From NCBI GenBank assembly GCA_003344405.1, contig NOWV01000158.1, forward strand, positions 124,001 to 181,406: a stretch of DNA of 57,406 bases, given 5' to 3'. A program made the translations under genes and the position numbers. Source of the DNA: Trichoplax sp. H2 (Eukaryota). Positions 52,522 through 57,406 of this stretch are shown here, in pieces (within the stretch, counting starts at the first letter, position 1; every line of letters begins with the position of its first letter). The notes beneath the pieces were generated by a model. The model was not told the origin of the DNA. It saw only the letters and a program-made list of their open reading frames with translations, and did no database searches.

Positions 52522-53892
52522 ATGTCATCTATAAAGCCTGTCTTAAATGTTCCTGTTAGTAATACAAATGTTATTGTAACTCCTTCATTAATATCATTTC
52601 GAAAACTTGGCATACAGTGCGACATCACTATTGCTCTGGCATTGATTCAGATCATCGTTGCAATAATCGGATTAAGTATATACTGCCCATTTGGTATATA
52701 TATTCTTAGTTTCAATCAATACTTCAATACATTTTGGGTAGCAGGACCGGTAAGCAGAATTAATATCGCCAACTACCTTATGATGGCTTTATAGTCAGTT
52801 ATCATATTAGATTCAAAGGATAAGTAGGGTATTCAAAACTAAGATTAAAAGCTGATGTTGTATATTTTCAACAGCAAGTTTAAATGAAATAGATTTAGAA
52901 ATAGAGCAAATTTATTTGTAGTCTATGGCTAATTGATGAATTTATCAGTTTATTCTATGATGCCATTAAAATGATCGCCTTTTATGCTTCTAGATGCTCG
53001 TACTTGGTGCTGTAGGCCATTTCATAAATAGAAAAAGCAATCATTCAGAAAGAGATGTAAGAAATAATGCATTAATCTGTCGTAAATTCATCGAACATAT
53101 CTAATTATGCGAGCAGAAAAGAAGCAGTAGCTGCATTAGATTAAATTAATTATGAAGGATATTAGACTATACTAATCGGCAAATTATAAATTTGATCATT
53201 ACGGCTTCTCCATTGAAATTTCCACTTTCATGCCCTAGTTAATTAAATTACTGTAAAGTTTCGGCTATCTATTTCAAGTAATGTAACAAATCGCTTTGTA
53301 TTTAGGTAATTGAAGCGATTACTTTATTAATTAGAATTCATGTCTATCATTTTATTTTGTTATCTTCAATTAAAATCTGTTCTTAAATTATTTCGGTTAT
53401 ATACTTTTTTACTAGATCCTAATTCAAAAAATCCTCTCTATTGTTTGCTTACTATGTTTATTCGGAGGATATGTGATACTGGGAATTACTATGCGTATAT
53501 TAATCAACGCAGAAACATCTATTAAAGTTATATGCGAATTCGATCAAGAAATAAAGTCTGAAACACTTCAACCAGTTGCGATGGCGGTTGTGATAGTCCA
53601 AATATGCTTGTATCTCTACTACCTCGTCATCAGCAGTTTAACGAAGAGAGCTTTCACATACCGCCTAAGTGTGCTTATGGCTACAAGTAGCCAAACATTG
53701 ACCGTAAGGATAGACTACCTTTCATAGTAATATTATAAAATTTTTAGAGAGTGCAATACTATAGGCCAATTATTAACTTTGGTATACGTTGTATAGATCT
53801 AACGTTGTTTACTGATCTGATAGGTTCCATCATCATCAAATCCTAGACAGTCACGTAGTGAGACTCCTCAAAAAACTCTTCCTGTTCATTAG
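52522..53892 (+). CDS. MS4A/CD20-like four-transmembrane protein, paralog 8 (~215 aa)
   Basis: Exons 52522-52749 (LALIQIIV...YCPFGIY...YFNTFWVAGP|gtaagc), 52994-53056 (63 nt, MLVLGAVGHFINRKSNHSERD), 53416-53703 (ILIQKILSIVCLLCLFGGYVILG...), and 53824-53892 (VPSSSNPRQ...LPVH*). Confidence 0.86.
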
Positions 53893-55276
53893 TACCGTAT
53901 TAAAAATTATAATATACTTTCAATTTATTAATTTATATGTATTGCAAATGTCTATTTAGAACTAAGATTAGCCATAGCATAAGTTTATATATATATTTTC
54001 TAGTGTATCAGAATTAGACAATGCTAAATTTGTAATTTATTAACTACCGGTACTTTCTGAAACAGGAGTCTTTCTAAATTTAAAATCGCTTCAGATAGTT
54101 CGTTCAGGTAACAAGAAGTGTCATAGTGGAAATGTTTCTAATAAATCATTAGATCAATTTATTAATGGCCTAGCTGGTTAAGGAAGTTAAAAATATACAA
54201 ATTGATTCTAGTGCCTGAAAATTATAGGATATCAGATCCATAATGAACTAAACTAAATTGTATTTACAATCTTGATGAATATGCTAGTTATATTTTAGTC
54301 ATTATTAAATTCAACCGTCCCACTGATGAGATATATAGATCAGAATTATGTTACTGTCGATATATCGTGTTAATAATGTGATGTTCATATAACGTCTATT
54401 TAGAAATTGAGGTATTTAGATGCTGTTATTCATCTTAAATACTAAGTGTAACGATGCTCATTCACGAATAAAAATGATATCGTATTAAATCAATACTATG
54501 GCAGGGCTACTACTGTATTTTTCAAAGGTTTTACTCCTAGAAAGTGGGTTTACCTTGAATTTTCTTCATGAAATTAAGGCAAATGATGCTATTAGTGAAA
54601 AAAGTAAAGTATAAGGTTAGTCATTCAAATATTCATTTCCGTTGATCTTAATTAAATAGTTTATTAGAAATTCATTCCCTAGCGTAAGGTCTATTTTATA
54701 TCGATTTTGGAATAGATAAATTTGTTAAATTTATCGATATTACCAGAAACTTGCTACAACTAAAAAGCCTGCGTAGACGAGTAAAAATATCCTCTTTAAT
54801 AATATTTTAACGGTTCGTACAGCATCATTATCAAAATGGCAAATGCTAATCAACTTTTACATCCCAAAATATCCTTACCGTAACCCTAAATATTGGGATT
54901 TAACTTGAAATTTATTTTTAAATTATCCCTTAACTATCTCACAAGAATTTAGGCGCCTTTACTTCTACATTAAACAACTATAGAACTCTTATTATTCAAC
55001 TATCTACTGAGCTTAAGTACCCTTCGGCAGCTGCTATCATGTATTAGTCATAACAGTACGTGAAGTTTAGTTCTTATCCTTAAGGACAAAATCATTCTTA
55101 GGAATAGCCGTAACATCTATACACAGATTTATTTATAATATCATCTATAATTGGATATCTTCAGGATATTCATCACAAGTGTTACAAGACATAACACTAC
55201 AATTAATTAACATTAGTTACCGTATAAGAACTCTTACTACAGTACAGCATAATTTACTGTAACAAAATAATAACTA

Positions 55277-55358
55277 CTAGTACAAACTCACGTCGCTTTG
55301 CTGACGGTTTACGATATTGTATCCATTTTTTAATAATTAACAGATAATATTACCATTC
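55277..55358 (-). mobile_element. Helitron-like 3' terminus, second copy
   Basis: ACTAGTACAAACTCACGTCGCTTTGCTGACGGTTTACGATA matches 37488-37528. Similarity continues to TTAACAGATA.TATTACCATT. Confidence 0.6.
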
Positions 55359-55586
55359 GACATTATATATATCTCGGTAATAGCCAGGCACTACTATATT
55401 CACAGCTATGCTTGTAGAATACTACTTTTCAATAATGCATTCACGGATGAAATGCTATGAAATGCTATATTAAGATTAGTTCATGGTTCAAAGCACATTA
55501 TGATAACTAATGTACGGTGATGGACATACCAAGTTAAGATTAGCAGGTACTGTACAATGTCCTTAGTACTGTGGTCAATTCTATCT

Positions 55587-55863
55587 CAATTATTATAATA
55601 TGTCTAAGGATCGCTTGCTCTGTCGATAACAACCGTTACAAGAATATGTAACAATCAAAATCAAAATGGCTGTGTAGAAAACTCTATAAACATTCTATGT
55701 TTATTCAGTTTTCATCAGAGTATGACATCAAATCAAAATTGAAAGGCCCAGTGGCCACCCTTAGCGATATAACGAATACTATTTTAAAAATCAGTACTCT
55801 GCAGAAATTACTACCTTAGAGCTATTCGTTTTACATAAAGAAATCTTGGGGTAAAAAGTACGG
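55587..55863. mobile_element. Second, inverted copy of the element at 14551-14842 (left boundary uncertain)
   Basis: Reverse complement of 14551-14842, e.g. GGCCCAGTGGCCACCCTTAGCGATATAACGAATACTATTTTAA. It ends GTAAAAAGTACGG|TA. Confidence 0.75.
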
Positions 55864-57406
55864 TAAGAATCTTATACTGACCTATTGAAATGAACCCATA
55901 ATCACAGTTATCTAACAATAGTATAAATACCCCCGTGCTCGCTTGAAGGGAGGGTGGGTAGGATCGTAGTTCTTCCTGTTAGTTATTATTAGTAATCTCC
56001 ATATATAAATGTTAACCACTAAATTTAGTCATTTAGTCTTCACGATGATTCGCACCGTGACACCTGTGCTCTTCTTAGTTTATGATAGGCACCCACCAAT
56101 TAAAGCATGTTCTTAATTTTTGTAATGGCCTCTCTTTTGATGGGCAGATACTGTCTATGAATATCGATATTTATATTCGTCTATCCTAGCTACTTAGCAG
56201 AATTAATTTTGATTACTTAAAGATCTTATAGAACTCTTTAACTATAGACTGAAAGTTTTAATAGGCAATTTAAATAATGATTAGGCTATCTTACAAGATT
56301 ATCTTCATAACCTCTACTGAAAATTACCGTAATCTCGGAGGGAATCTTGCTAAATACAGCTCTATGATTTTAATTATAATCATAACTTGCGCCAGATGGC
56401 TCTTATTAATGGAACTAAAAGTAAATTATCTATAAATAGCCGTGCCAGGGCTAAAGTTTTTTCAACAGCTAGGTAGAATATTTTTATGGCTTCTTGTAAC
56501 ATCGTCATTAAACAACTTTACTCTCAGATTTACAATAAGAAGAGACATTTTTTAAGATGATAGTTTGTTTAATTAATATCGTTCAAATATTGTTTTATCC
56601 TATGAGTATGTCTGTTCTACTATAAAATTTAAAGATAATCATATATGTTTAATATACTGATATAAGTTACTCAAGTACCTAACTCTAGACTTTCCATTAT
56701 GGTGAAAATTGGTTCAAAGTAATACAAAATTAAATTATAATCGCTCCAATCTATATTTTTAACACACTTACGCATCGAGTGTAGAGTATAAACTATCATG
56801 CAGTAGATGGTCAACTTCTTATAATAAATTTTATGCTAAGATTATTTATGATCGGATTACAAATTCTCACTGCTGACATTGGTTTTCTAACAGTTGATCA
56901 CCTGTAGTAAAAGGACTAAAAGTAGAGTCCTTTGTAGTTTTTAGTATGTAATTAGTATTATTTTACTATACAAAATACCTAGAAAGTGATAGTGTCTTTA
57001 AGTTTTACCCTGCCAAATCATCATGTCGCCATCTTTTCTTCTTCATTATTTTACAAGGTATTATATAGATTACTATACAAGTAGCCCTATAGAGCAAATG
57101 CCTAATCTAAAGAAAGGGCGTTTCATCATCTATTCAAATTGTAAAGAAATTTGACTTAGTAGCAAAACCCTATCCTTAGAGAAAGGGGATTTATAACATG
57201 ACGATAAAGTACTGTAAGGTAGTCTATACTCGTACAGTTACAGTACCATCTGACGCTAAAACATCAACTGTCAATACTCGCGAATACTAAGCGGTACTAA
57301 TGTCAGAAAAGTAGTCGTAGTAGTCATATAAATTTTTTGATAAGCGATTACTGTGATCTTCATAAAAAGCGGATTTTTCCGGATTTGTGTCCGATATAGT
57401 TTTCGG

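Noticed and set aside
55900-56062. LTR-like 3' half (TATAAA, GGAGGGTGG, ending CGTGACA)
   Set aside because: No 5' end or TSD could be identified.
1-57406. tRNA, rRNA or snRNA genes; prokaryotic operon or defence systems
   Set aside because: No such signatures were seen by eye. Low coding density and spliceosomal introns show the DNA is eukaryotic.

Overview
AT-rich eukaryotic genomic DNA with spliceosomal GT-AG introns and two 20-N assembly gaps. Composition and intron style suggest a small invertebrate genome, possibly a placozoan (Trichoplax-like); that is a guess. The ORF track shows only fragments because the genes are split. Splicing by eye reconstructs a head-to-tail tandem array of eight paralogous + strand genes. 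Each has four coding exons, phase-0 introns and an invariant 63-nt exon 2. The intact members encode ~185-240 aa four-transmembrane proteins resembling the MS4A/CD20-like tetraspan family (motif [IL]Q/H-I...PC.[FI]G.Y....G..FW..GP). Six copies look intact, paralog 6 has an in-frame stop, and paralog 7 has a frameshift that removes its tail. The second extracellular loop is hypervariable, and a loop1/loop2 cysteine pair is lost jointly in paralog 1. Paralogs 3-5 carry a PY-like tail motif. The spacers hold solo LTRs with 5-bp TSDs, a TA-inserted MITE-like element, Helitron-like 3' ends, a ~107-bp minisatellite and short tandem duplications. Both N gaps join an insertion-bearing copy of a site to an empty copy, probably uncollapsed alleles.
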